DNA of 63,576 bases, filler included, from Hyphochytrium catenoides (taxonomy: Eukaryota > Protista > Hyphochytriomycota): the NCBI GenBank assembly GCA_900088475.1. It is 13 parts of 13 records of this genome, joined end to end, with 100 filler letters (N's around TTAATTAATTAA, not from the genome) between each part and the next. Parts side by side here need not be neighbours in the genome. Positions count along the whole stretch, not along the records: positions 51,226 to 53,152 come from FLMG01001826.1; positions 53,253 to 58,009 come from FLMG01000152.1; positions 58,110 to 60,025 come from FLMG01002127.1; positions 60,126 to 62,346 come from FLMG01000800.1; positions 62,447 to 63,576 come from FLMG01001677.1; 8 more parts are not named here. The stretch is one strand, 5' to 3'. This document shows, in pieces, positions 51,126 to 62,753 of the stretch (the first letter of the stretch is position 1; each line of letters begins with the position of its first letter). The position numbers and the translations under genes were made by a program. The notes under the pieces were generated by a model. It did not search any database, was not told the origin of the DNA, and worked only from the letters and a program-made list of their open reading frames with translations.

Positions 51126-51415
51126 NNNNNNNNNNNNNNNNNNNNNNNNNNNNNNNNNNNNNNNNNNNNTTAATTAATTAANNNNNNNNNNNNNNNNNNN
51201 NNNNNNNNNNNNNNNNNNNNNNNNNAGAGACGTAACGACCCGCTGGTCGTCAGCCCGACAAGCTTGCCACTACGCAGATGGCATGCGAACAAGAGGTTGG
51301 TTTTAACAATAATGTTGTGAAACACGGACGACCTCTTCACCGTCAAAACAAACGCAGAACCAGCCAAGGTACAGACAGACACCACGCAGAGGAAGACTTC
51401 GCGGGAACACACGCA

Positions 51416-51640
51416 AGTAGCAAAGGGGCTTCTACTTCAGAAAGAAGTTTATTGACTGAGATATAGAGGGTAAGAGGGAGTCTCCCTTGCGAGAGAGTCA
51501 GTCTACCTGAGAATGCAAAGATAAAAGAGCAACATGCAAGAGACGTAAAGTCAACAGGCTATCCTAATAACATGTAAAGAGAAAGAGAGAAGAAAGGGAA
51601 AAGGAAGAGAGCATCCTTCCTTAGAGCCATTCGTTGCTGA
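51416..51640 (-). repeat. Dispersed repeat, LTR-like (copy 2, partial)
   Basis: Reverse complement matches 40377-40630, e.g. the shared GACTGACTCTCTCGCAAGGGAGACTC. Confidence 0.7.
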
Positions 51641-51778
51641 CTCTAGTCGGGACTACCCGTCCTGAGAGTACTCTCAAAGAGAAGAGGTCACATCCCATAC
51701 ACCGGTCGATCCGTGTCTAGAGCGCAACCGGTGGTTAGCAGCCGTCTGAGGAGATATACATATAACACTTCTTGGCAG

Positions 51779-53098
51779 TTCGTAACGCGAGTGCTGAACG
51801 GCTATGTTGTTCTCGGACTGATGAAGAAGGTAGCAGACTTGTCCAAGAGCGTGAAGGAGTCGTATCCGTTACGGCCTCTTTACATGAGAGTCACAGCAAT
51901 CAACAAGCGCTTCTACCTCTTCTTAGAGCTCCCGCTATGGCTCAAACAGGTAAGAAAGGATCCTTATTAGGACTCCCCTTCATGTCAGAGGTGGAACTTT
52001 TTATTCAACCCCAGTGCTGGACTCACTAAGCCTGCTCCCTCCTCGCGCCACAGTTCGTCCCAAACCTTGTCGATCACGCCCAGTTGTTTTACGACCTGGC
52101 ATCCTTGTCGCAGCTTATTTTTGCAGTCATCTTTTGCGCGAACTATCTGTACAATCTCCCTTACACGGTGACAAAGGCAGCGCACAATGTGTCGACCAAG
52201 CGCCTCTCTGCATCGTTCTTGCCGCTTTCCAGCAGCAATGCCTCTAGGCGCAGTAGCAATTTGTCAGTTCAGGAGGCAGACGAAGACGAACACGTTCCTC
52301 AAGTAAAAGTCAACAATGCCACGGAGCTCAAAGAGCTTCTCCAAGGTGATATCGCTCTGCAGCTGAAGTTCAAGGCTTATCTCGGTGAGGATATGATGAA
52401 TTAAAACCCTTATTGCGTGTGGGTCTTTACGCCTCCGTTCCGACCTAATCCAATAGTCCTACTAGTCTCTTGGACGACTTCCCACACTTTATGACCATCT
52501 GGTACTAGGTTGAACTAGATCAAGCTGGCATGCTGGTTTATTGCCACCCCCATCTTCCTTCAATCTAACGGCATGTACTTTATTTCTCTCTTGATGGTCT
52601 GCCCAGTACGAGAGTTCGCTATAGAGAACATGCTCTTCTTGATGCAGCTGGACAACTACAGAAAGGAGATAGCCTGCAACTCCAATCAAGCAGTTGAATT
52701 TGTGCAAAATCTTTGCGAAACGTACGTCAGAGAAGGAGGTAACCTACAGATCAACGTCAGCGCTGGTGCGCGCCAAGAGACGCTCAGGAACGCACAAGCA
52801 GCCATTGCAGAGACTAAGGACGGCACGCTTCCCTCAACGATATTTGATAAGGTAACAGACAGCAAGAAGAATCGCCACAATTCTTCTGCTTATTACAAAG
52901 CTTTCCATGGAGCTCTGATAGCGCTAATGAACCTTCCGTCCGTGGGCATATTTTGTTCAGATGGAACAGGAAGTGTACAAGATGTTGGTAGATCCGTTTG
53001 GACGTTTTCAGCATAAGTCCAGAGCTAGACGAAACGGAGGAGGGAACGCTATGGCGACCGGGCCGACTGGGAAAGGAAAGCAAGGTGATGGATGTTGA
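51779..53098 (+). CDS. Membrane-linked RGS-domain protein (probable 7TM-RGS), 3' part, at least 4 exons
   Basis: Hydrophobic helix LSQLIFAVIFCANYLYNLP then RGS motifs across introns: LKFKAYL|VREFAIENMLFL..YVREGGNLQINVS..IFDK|MEQEVYKMLVDPFGRF; stop at 53098. Confidence 0.8.
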
Positions 53099-53252
53099 GG
53101 ATCAAACTTTTCTCTCACGTTCTTTCATCTGACTCTTTGTGGTTGTTCTTTTNNNNNNNNNNNNNNNNNNNNNNNNNNNNNNNNNNNNNNNNNNNNTTAA
53201 TTAATTAANNNNNNNNNNNNNNNNNNNNNNNNNNNNNNNNNNNNNNNNNNNN

Positions 53253-54054
53253 TTTGCTGTGGGCTTCCAGGGTGTCGGCGGTCTGCTTGCTGCCGCTGTG
53301 ATGCTTCCTTTCGCTGACGACAAACCCAACAAAGTGTTCGAAGTGATCTCTATTGCGTTGGGAACCAACTTCGTCCTTATGACTTTTTCTTGCTTCCTTG
53401 GCAAGGAGAAGCAGTTTACTCGCCCTGACTACCTACGTAATCCTAGCATCTGGGAGCCTTTCACTACAGTGTTTGGCGCCGTCAGACACATGCCTGTGGC
53501 CCTTCAGCGAGTGGCTGTTGTGCAGTTCTTTTCTTGGTTTTCTCTCTTCTGCATGTGGACCTTCAAGTCCACCTGGTGGGCTGAGATTGTGTACCCCGTT
53601 GTCCCTGATGAGGAGAAACCTGGAAAGACAAAGGGTAACCCTGATGGCTATGAGGGTAACGACCGGATTGATCTTGTCGCGAATGGCCTCCAGATTGTTC
53701 TTGGTTTATCTATCGCTCTGATTATGCAGAAGGGTCTGCTGAAGCGCATCAAGTTCATTTACTCTGCTATGCTTGCCATTGGCGCTGCACTCATGTATAT
53801 CAACTACACCTCTGCCACCAACAAGCCTACCCTCGCTTCCATCACCATGTCTTTCATTGCAGTCCCTATCTNNNNNNNNNNNNNNNNNNNNNNNNNNNNN
53901 NNNNNNNNNNNNNNNNNNNCTGTTTTTGATGTGCGCTATCTCATGGACCCTGGCTGCCATCGCCGCTCTCTTCGTCAAAGATGAATTCGCTTTCAAGAAT
54001 GTCAACCTTGTCCGTGAGTCTCTGAACTCCGCCTCTCTTGCCAATAAGGTCTAA
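53253..54054 (+). CDS. MFS sucrose/H+ symporter-like (SUT/SLC45, GPH family) transporter, copy A, C-terminal part (internal gap)
   Basis: HMPVALQRVAVVQFFSWFSLFCMW motif typical of SUT/SLC45; multiple TM helices; stop at 54054. Confidence 0.85.
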
Positions 54055-54867
54055 CAGGCTGTTCAAGAGCTGCCTGTAAGCCTTTTTGGTGCCTCGTATG
54101 AAGGTTAGCGACGATCTCACCGTGGTGAAGTACTATGATGGTGTCAATGAAGGGAAAGGTTTATGGTTAATACTTAATTTATACCGTTCAAAAGTTCACA
54201 ATAGTAGTAAGCCAATTTTTTTCTGTATTGTCGTCTACCTGTACTCTCAGCTTTTGAGAAGAACAAGAGCGACTTCTGTAGGAGAACTCTTTCCCGATGG
54301 ATCTTGACTTATTAATCGTAAGTTATCGTCATCAGCTCCTCAGTTGTGAAGTTCCCTAACACTTCATGGTGTTCTTGTTGTCTTTAACGTCCATTATATC
54401 CACTCTTCCTTCATCAGAACTTCATGCTCTTTTCCTACTTTCCCACTACTGCTGCTAGACAATGAGCTTAGTGCATGTTGTAGGCAATCACCTAAACTTC
54501 CTGATGTCTGGCAAAAAACAAGCTGGGCACCTCTTCCTCCATCTGTCCCCAGACCCTTTCGCCCTTTAAATTCCTACCTGCTGCAGTGCAGCGGCTCTCG
54601 CTCTAGCAGCAGCGGCAATCGTCATCACCACCAATAGTAGGCCACATCCGAGCAGCTGCCACCAGTATCTTATTATATCGACAGCATCATCCAATCATAA
54701 CTTTGGAGTTCGTCTCTCGATTGCTGAGTGCCACCAGCCGAGCGATAGCTTTGGCCCGGCTCCTGTCTTTTGTTTCGTAGTAGCTACAAATTTACCTAGA
54801 GAAACAAGCTAAGCAGTTTCAGGAGGAGCATAAATCAGAAGAATCATCCTTGACGAGAAAGGAAGCG

Positions 54868-55628
54868 TTATATGTAAGTATTGATGGTCGTTGAGATCTT
54901 ACTCATTCTATCATTTGCTGCTGACCACGAAAGACTCGTGGGATAAAGCAGAACTATGATGATGAGGAAGCAACAGTGAAACAGAGTGAAGCAGGAAATG
55001 GTCCTCGTAGAGAGAGCCTTCGTAGCTGCAAGCTGTGCGGACATCAGCGGTACTCCACACAACCCAGACCACAAAAGCATTTAGCAGAAAGGGACGATTC
55101 TCTCGTTAGGAGAACTACTTTAATGCAGGACTAAACTCTACAAGCATAACAAATTTTGGATCTGAAGCGGCGCAGATCTTCAATCATCGACGCCAAAAAC
55201 TCATCCATGGAGATAGTTCTCCAAGTGTAATGAACTCTTCACCTACTCTCTTTGTCCGGAAGCTTAGATAGATAACGGCAATAAAGTAGGATAGTGGTTC
55301 CAGTGAAACGCATCTGTCTATAACTGCTTTTCTAACTAAGGACGGTCTTAGACCAAACCAACCAATTGCGCTCCTCTCGTCTGGAAGGTGCATGTATCGT
55401 CAAAGATTTTACACTAGAAACCTCTTTCTTTATAACATTCTCGCTTAAGGTCATGGGATAATAAGAGAAGAAAGAGACAGGACGGACAGAAACCTTGAGT
55501 GCCTCTTCGATGGTGACTGGTGACAAAGCCTCAAATAACAGATCGCAGAGCCTGACAAAGAGTGCGTCGCTGCTGTAGCGCCAGATGGCTACGGACCCCT
55601 TAGCGGTAGTACTAGGTAGTTCTCCCAC
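54868..55628 (-). mobile_element. Degenerate Ty1/copia reverse transcriptase relic
   Basis: Ordered remnants SPVTIEEAL (EPxTxxEAL), LPDERSAIGW (LPxGRKAIGxKW), GEEF..LSP (GxDFxETFSP), LLWSGLCG (LxKSLYG), IIIVLLYPTSL (LLYVDDL); many stops and frameshifts. Confidence 0.45.
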
Positions 55629-57347
55629 CGATCACATTGAATAATGTGCTGTGATGTGCCTCGGTCTTATAACCCAGAACGCTGCGGACTCTTATGATAC
55701 CAAAAAGTCCATGTTCTGCATGATTCCAATACGCTCACTCCCCCTAGATTATACAAAAAAATAGAGAGCACCGAAGGGTTCTTCTTACAGAGGTATCAGC
55801 CCACAATCTTATTATAAAGAATAGCCAATAGTGTACCGCCCCTGTCATCAAGAAGGAAGAGAAGTGATACTCGTAGGCAAAATTCACTTGTTCATTTTTT
55901 CTGTGCACAACAACAATAATGAAGCTATCAATTACGGAGTGTTTGAAGCATAGCAGAAAGTAAGTAAAGAACATTGCATCACTACTGGACAAGAGACAAT
56001 AGAGTTCTTTCATCAAGGATGACAACAGCGGATCATTATCTTGTCAGTATCACTACTTCATGCCTAACTCCTTGAGCTGGGGCAAAAGAACCTCAAGGCC
56101 TGTCTCCAGTCGCACAAAGAGCTGGGACTATCGTTTTACAGTAGTAGTTCTCGTAGTAGTTAGTTACTGTTTTTCATTTTCCCTCAGTGGGTTCTATACT
56201 GTTCTCTTCTAAAGTCAGTAATAAAGTAGTAATAAGTGTCTTTGAGAGATAATGTCGCTGTTTCTCAAGTACACAGCAACCCTAACGGTAGTTCTACGCA
56301 TCTGCGTCGCCTGATAAACCGGTATATTTCACGGACGACCGAACGATGATGAGCACTGCGTTGACTGAAGATGTAGGTCTAAGCCACAAAATAGACCACG
56401 CCGTTCTCTAGCCCTGCGTGACATTTTGATTGTGCTTCTCGCACAACCACCTATACTCGCTAGGCAGATTACGCTACTACTCGACTAACCTAAGAGACTA
56501 AGCTGCTTCGAAGAGTGGGCAGCAGGGTCGAATAAACGACATGAAGACGCTGCTAGCCCCTCATTTATTGTTCCTTCTCATTACCCTCATCTTGCTGATG
56601 AGGCGCTTCTGCATACAATACAGATACTTCTAGTTAGTTCTATTCGATGCCGATGTGACGGTCACACGGTCACTAGTCGTCTGCACTACTACCTTCTTGC
56701 CACGGCGCAACACCAGGCAACCGCCACGTCCCTGCGTGGCGATGAAGTGTGCTGTGAGAATAGAAGAAGGCTGATACCACATCTACCCTTTTTTTCTGCC
56801 TCTATGGTGTGGAGAGGGAAAAGATGGCAACGAAGTCTAATAAACTATAGCCCCGACACAAGAGTCCTCGCGTGATGCCCAGGGGAGCTCTCCTTGAATT
56901 ATTCCATTACGACAAATGGTACGAGTCTGTGATGATCCTGGCGAGAGACCATGGGGTGTAGGAGGAGTGTCTTTCCAAGGCCCACATCGTCGAGGCAGAA
57001 CCTCTTCACGCTTCTAGCCACCTCAATTTGCCTCCTCACTTAGACTACCAGCTAAGCAAGGAGAGTAAGCAGTATCACTGCAGCTGGCGCTGTGGGGTTG
57101 CTCTACGCTCTACCTTAGCTTCTCCAACCCTCACAAACACAGAGTTAAGCCCTATCTCTCACAACTCCGTCACCACCAAACTTATGACCCTTTGTCTCTG
57201 CTTCACGTTTGCCTCCTCTTCTATGCGCTGCAGACATAGCACTCCCGCCGATCGTGTCATTGTAAAAAGTGCCATCTACGGAGCAAGTAAAACGCTCAGT
57301 TTGACATTTCGACCTTTTACTGTTCACTTTCAAGAATCATCGTCAGA

Positions 57348-58009
57348 ATGGCTCCCGGCGGCGGTTATGTAGAGCAGCGCGACAAGTCTGATGGCGAGGA
57401 GGAGGTTGACTACCCTCTCTGGAGACTGGCAGGCGTCGCCTCCTCATGGATTGGGATTCAGATGCTGTGGGGAACCAACTTCTCCGTCACTCAGCCGTAC
57501 ATGGAGAAGGGTCTCGGTATGTCTGCCGGTCTTGCATCTTTAACCTGGATCTGGGGACCTATCACCGGATTCTTCGTAGCCCCCCTAATCGGTGCCGCAT
57601 CTGACAGATGTGAAAGCAAATTCGGTCGTCGTCGGCCTTTCATGATGGGAGGTCTCATTTCCATGACGATCTGCGCCTTCCTCTTTGGTGCTGCTGGACA
57701 CATCTTTTCTGGCGTTGCCGCCCAGGTTTTCGCTCTTATCATGTTTATCGGTATGGATGCGACTATCAATGTCATGCAGACACCTGTCAGAGCTTTAGTC
57801 TCTGATCTCAGCTCCACGAAGCAACAGTCTGTGGGACAGCTCTTTGCTGTGGGCTTTCAAGGTATCGGCGGTCTGCTTGCTGCCGCAGTGATGCTTCCTT
57901 TCGCTGACGACAAACCCAACAAAGTGTTCGAAGTGGTTTCTATTGCGTTGGGAACCAACTTCGTCCTTATGACCCTCGCTTGCTTCCTTGGCAAGGAGAA
58001 GCAGTTTAC
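57348..58009 (+). CDS. MFS SUT/SLC45-family transporter, copy B, N-terminal part (truncated by gap)
   Basis: GIQMLWG..WIWGPITGFFVAPLIGAASDRCESKFGRRRPF..DATINVMQTPVRALVSD, the signature of the SUT/SLC45 family. Confidence 0.92.
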
Positions 58010-58109
58010 NNNNNNNNNNNNNNNNNNNNNNNNNNNNNNNNNNNNNNNNNNNNTTAATTAATTAANNNNNNNNNNNNNNNNNNNNNNNNNNNNNNNNNNN
58101 NNNNNNNNN

Positions 58110-59198
58110 CGTCCTTTAGACCAGCTATCAACAGTACCCTCAGCCGCAGCACAATTCATCCCAAGCAGCTCAGCCAGCGGTTGGTTCCACGACCTTGACT
58201 CGGAAGGGGAATGACCAGACTCCTACCCTTGGTCCCTGCAATTGCCGGAAGAGTCAATGCCTAAAACTGTAAGACTTCTGCGGGTCGCGCACTGCGCGTA
58301 CTCTAACCTTTCTTTTCAGCTCGATCACCGAAGGGCCCTTGTTTGGGGGTGGAAGTTTACCTAGCTAACTCCAGGAAATGCGCTTTGCATCTATTATTGT
58401 GTCTTAACGGACTCATGTACATTTCCAGGTACTGTCAATGTTTCGCGGCGGGTCTCCTTTGCCAAGATTGCAACTGTCGGAACTGCCAGAACAAAAAAGT
58501 GACGGGAGTTCAGCGACAGAAGGCTATACAAGAGCTTCTCCTTAGGAAACCCAACGCTTTTGAGAGCAAAGTGGTGGCGGTAAGTTATATTTGGCTCACT
58601 TCCCTATCTTTTCCTTTTTTTGCTCATTCCATCTCATGTTCTCACCGTCTGTTTGTTGATCTCTTTCTGTTTTGGACCCAAGGACGGGCGCAAGCAGGGG
58701 AAGCACAAATTTGGCTGCCGATGCAAGAAGAGCGCATGCCTGAAGAAGTACTGCGAGTGTTACCAGGCAGGAGTGCCCTGCTCTGATAGCTGTTCATGCA
58801 CCGGCTGTAAAAATCAAGGCCATCAGCATAACAAGAAATCCCCACAGAGTGAGAGGTAAGATACTTGGCGATTGGAGGGACACAGGGACGTGCCAAGGAA
58901 GAAGGGCAAAGTGAGTAGATAATGGCACAAATAGTCGTAGCCGAGGGGTTGAGGGCCCTATTTATAGTCCTGAGGAGCATCAAATAGAATAATGTTAGAT
59001 GTTGAGGTATATTGGAGAATCTTAGGCGAACTGAGGGTTGGGGAAGACATTTAAAGGAGGAAGGGTTTACATATAGCGGATGTGGCGTGATAAACGTTTC
59101 TTGAAACTCTAACCATCTGTCATCTCGCTGTTCCTTTTGTCCTGGTCTTTTGTTGCAGCATCAGCGTGGGACAAACCTCTCAGCCGCAATCTGCCTAG
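58110..59198 (+). CDS. Tesmin/TSO1-like CXC (CRC) domain protein, LIN54-like, partial at 5' end (exons 58110-58268, 58429-58579, 58683-58855, 59159-59198)
   Basis: [12 protein letters not shown]|[16 protein letters not shown], hinge RKPNAFESK, second [31 protein letters not shown]. Confidence 0.92.
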
Positions 59199-59599
59199 AT
59201 ATGAGCGGCGACGATCTTTTAAATTATTATGGTCCTGTATCATTTCCTCTTCCTCTTATGAACCGAGAATCGTCTCCGCTCGCAGCTCACTCTCTTTTTT
59301 CAGATATCACACTGTTTAGTCTGTCACCTGGATCTTCTCTTCTCCGTCTTTTATATTCTCTCTGTCTACCACCTTTGTCTTGCCAAACCTCCTTTCCTCC
59401 TGCTGTGCCTGTCCCATTAACACGTATAAAATAAAGCCTCAGATTTTTGCTAAGTTTAAAGGCTTCGCAGCGGCGGTTTGAATGGGACGCCGCCACGGTT
59501 CGCTGTCCTCGCCGCTTCTCTCCTCCTCTCAATCCCCATGTCTTCTTGTAGTTCAACTATGATACTTTCTTTTCCGATAATGATAGCGGAGGAGGTAGC

Positions 59600-59897
59600 T
59601 CTTGTCTCTTCTTTTACTTTCTTCTTCTTCTTCCACTTCTTTGTCTTCTCCTTCTTCTTTTACTACTCCTTATTCTTCCTCTTCTTTGTCTTCTTCTTCT
59701 TCTTTTACTCCTTCTTCCTCTTCTTTGTCTCTCCTTCTTCTTCTTCTTTTACTCCTTCTTCTTCTTCTTCCTCTTCTTGTCTTCTCCTTCTTGTAGCTCC
59801 TTCTTCTTCTTCCTCCTCTTCTTTGTTCTTCTCCTTTTTCTTCTAGCTCCTTCTTCCTCTTCTTTGTCTTCTTTTACTCCTCCTCCTTCTTCTTCCT
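59600..59897. repeat. (TTC)n-rich low-complexity tract
   Basis: Visible CTT/TTC repeats with recurring TTTTACTCCTTC units. Confidence 0.9.
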
Positions 59898-60592
59898 AAG
59901 GGGATTGAATTTATAAAGAGAGAAATCCTTATTATTATTTTATTTGAGTTGATGTGGCCTTTATTTACTAGAAAAAATTAAGGAGTGACTAGTAGACTAC
60001 TGTTTAAAGAGGAAGAGAGATATGANNNNNNNNNNNNNNNNNNNNNNNNNNNNNNNNNNNNNNNNNNNNTTAATTAATTAANNNNNNNNNNNNNNNNNNN
60101 NNNNNNNNNNNNNNNNNNNNNNNNNTTTCTTCAATCATAACGTCTTTTAGCCTAATCTGTTCTAGCTTTATTTTGACGGCTTTCATTTATGACAATCTCA
60201 GGTTGAGTTACCTGCGTGAAATCATTCGACAGGGGAATCACTACTTGAAGGTTTCTGAATATTCCTTGTATAATACGGCAATGAAACTTATACCCTTCTT
60301 AACGTATCTTTCAAGTCTCGTTATTTTCACGGACCACTATCGCCTACGCCTATTACCACTCACATATAATGCTTAATATTCCCAATTGGGGCCGTATTAT
60401 TACGCCCGGGGTCATCGCTTCCATCCACTCACTCACTCAGCGCGCGGCCTGGCATTGGCGCTAGGGCGGCCGCGCGAAATCAATGGATTTTTGCATGGCG
60501 ATGGCAAGGGCGAGGTAGAGACGCGGAAGCACGAAGCACTTACGGCCTTCCTCACAGCTGCGGACAGTCAGACAGACGACAGACAGGGAACA

Positions 60593-61282
60593 ATGCCTCT
60601 CAACATCTCCAAGAAGAGAAAGTTTGTACAGGACGGCGTATTCTACGCCGAGCTCAATGAGCTCCTCACCCGTGAGTTGGCCGAGGATGGCTACTCCGGC
60701 GTTGAGGTCCGTGTGACCCCACTCCGCACGGAGATCATCATCCGCGCCACCCGCACTCAGGAGGTTCTCGGAGAGAAGGGACAGAGAATCCGTGAGCTTA
60801 CCTCTGTTGTTCAGAAGAGATTCGGCTTCGCTCCAGAGGCAGTCGAGCTCTACGCTGAGCGCGTTGCCAACCGTGGCCTTTGCGCTCAGGCCCAGGCAGA
60901 GTCTCTCAAGTACAAGCTCCTCAAGGGTCTGGCTGTTCGCCGTGCTTGCTATGGCGTCCTTCGCTTCGTCATGGAGGCTGGTGCAAAGGGTTGCGAGGTC
61001 GTTGTCAGCGGTAAGCTGCGTGCTCAGCGTGCCAAGGCAATGAAGTTCCGCGAGGGCTACATGGTCAAGACTGGTAACGCAGCCACGGAGTACGTAGACT
61101 CTGCTGTTCGCCACGTGCTGATGAGACAGGGAGTTCTGGGCGTCAAGGTTTCTATTATGCTTCCACACGACAAGACCGGAAGAACCGGACCTAAGCGCAA
61201 CCTGGACGACGTTGTCACCATCATCGAGCCAAAGGAAGATCTTCCAGTGCCAGAGGCTTACGAGTATCCAGCAGCTCAGTAA
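60593..61282 (+). CDS. RPS3: 40S ribosomal protein S3 (uS3), intronless, 229 aa
   Basis: [73 protein letters not shown]; true ATG at 60593. Confidence 0.98.
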   Translation: MPLNISKKRKFVQDGVFYAELNELLTRELAEDGYSGVEVRVTPLRTEIIIRATRTQEVLGEKGQRIRELTSVVQKRFGFAPEAVELYAERVANRGLCAQAQAESLKYKLLKGLAVRRACYGVLRFVMEAGAKGCEVVVSGKLRAQRAKAMKFREGYMVKTGNAATEYVDSAVRHVLMRQGVLGVKVSIMLPHDKTGRTGPKRNLDDVVTIIEPKEDLPVPEAYEYPAAQ

Positions 61283-62524
61283 CTCTGAGGAAATGAGACG
61301 TTAGAGAGTGAGTTTTTCCTACCATGCTCTCTTACTAACCTAAGGATCTTGCATTCAATAAAAGGTCCGGGAGGCCGCTGTCTGTCTAATAACATAGCTC
61401 CACTCTGACTGCCCCTATTGCTAGCTCTCTTTGTGATGAACAACCAGCCCCTTCTCTCTGTCGTCGATCTGCCTTATCCATCCTGGACTCTGCTCCCTTC
61501 TCTATCGTCCCTCTGCTCGCACTTGAGCCGTCAAGAGTGTCATTCAACATGTAGGTAGGGCCGTTCCTCTAGACTGGCGTCTCGCTATGTTCTCCTACAC
61601 GTTGTCTAGTGGTCGTTCTTCTCCCACATCCAAGAATCCTATACCATTATTCGCCCGTGGCGTGGTGACGTGCTTCCCTCTTAAGCTACTTCCGGTCAAA
61701 GGATGCCCTCAAGGGAATGAGGTGGACGGAAAGGAGAAGGTAGCAAGTAGTCGTATGGATGATGATGCAAGGAGCTGAGTCCGTTCGTTAGAGTTGAGAG
61801 GAGCAGCAGTATCAGGGACATTAGATGATGTGAAATTTTTCCTTTGAGCTTCGTGGCTCTTTATATTCAGTGGAAGACACTCTCAGCACGGGGCTTGATC
61901 GGTCTTCTTTATTATAACCCGCAGGGTGTGCCTGCTATTGGCTTATAAGTTACTTCCAGACCTAATGAATAAATAGGACCCAGCCGACTGCACTGCAGTG
62001 GCCAACTAAACAATACTGAAAGGTTGATCTTGGGGACCTCAGTCCATGCCACGGAATGGATCTTCTTCCTCTAACTCCCGCTTCTGGCGCTTTTTGGCTG
62101 GGCCTTCGGCTACAGGGCAGACAGAGTGTTAGACTCTTGATATGGGCGGCCCGCAGATAGGAAAAAAGAGACTGCAAGTCGCCATCATAAAGAAGTACGA
62201 AGTAAGACCCACAGAAGACGAGATGTTATTCAAGCTGACAGGAAAACAAAGCTCACATTTAATCGTTGCAAGATCTCTTGATGCTTTCTGTCTCAGCGAC
62301 TCCACGCTCTGAATGTGGGGGACATGAGGAAGGAAGAGAGGGAAAGNNNNNNNNNNNNNNNNNNNNNNNNNNNNNNNNNNNNNNNNNNNNTTAATTAATT
62401 AANNNNNNNNNNNNNNNNNNNNNNNNNNNNNNNNNNNNNNNNNNNNACGTCAATCTATAAACTAGTAGACGAGCGTCTGTGCTTTGTGGCATGTCCTCAA
62501 GTACAAAGCCCTAGTTCCGTGCTG

Positions 62525-62753
62525 CTAATCAATCCAGGGCAAAGGCCTAGGCTGACGGCTCGTTGATGCTCGCTTCACTCTTTTGCCCAAGTCAGGAAAG
62601 GGCAATCAAGATGATGGTGTTGTTATGCTGTTTTCTATCTCCTTCTTCAGATACAGAGCCTTAGTACCCTAATCGATCCAGGGCAAAGGCCTAGTCTTAC
62701 TGCTCGTTGATGCTCGCTTCACTCTTTGCCCAAACTCCGGAAAGAGCAATCAA
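62525..62753. repeat. Direct repeat, two ~85-bp copies (62525-62609, 62669-62753)
   Basis: CTAATC.ATCCAGGGCAAAGGCCTAG..GCTCGTTGATGCTCGCTTCACTCTTT.. occurs twice, 144 bp apart. Confidence 0.88.

Noticed and set aside
60386-60592. 69-aa N-terminal extension of RPS3
   Set aside because: Starts at TTG and is non-homologous; conserved uS3 begins at ATG 60593. The same applies to the GTG extension of the GNAT at 16190-16354.
24748-62446. Recurrent palindromic TTAATTAATTAA as a biological repeat or CRISPR-like array
   Set aside because: Always embedded in N runs; it is a six-frame-stop assembly linker. Gene neighbourhoods across these joins, such as Dicer with the 39-40 kb structured locus, are not evidence of linkage.
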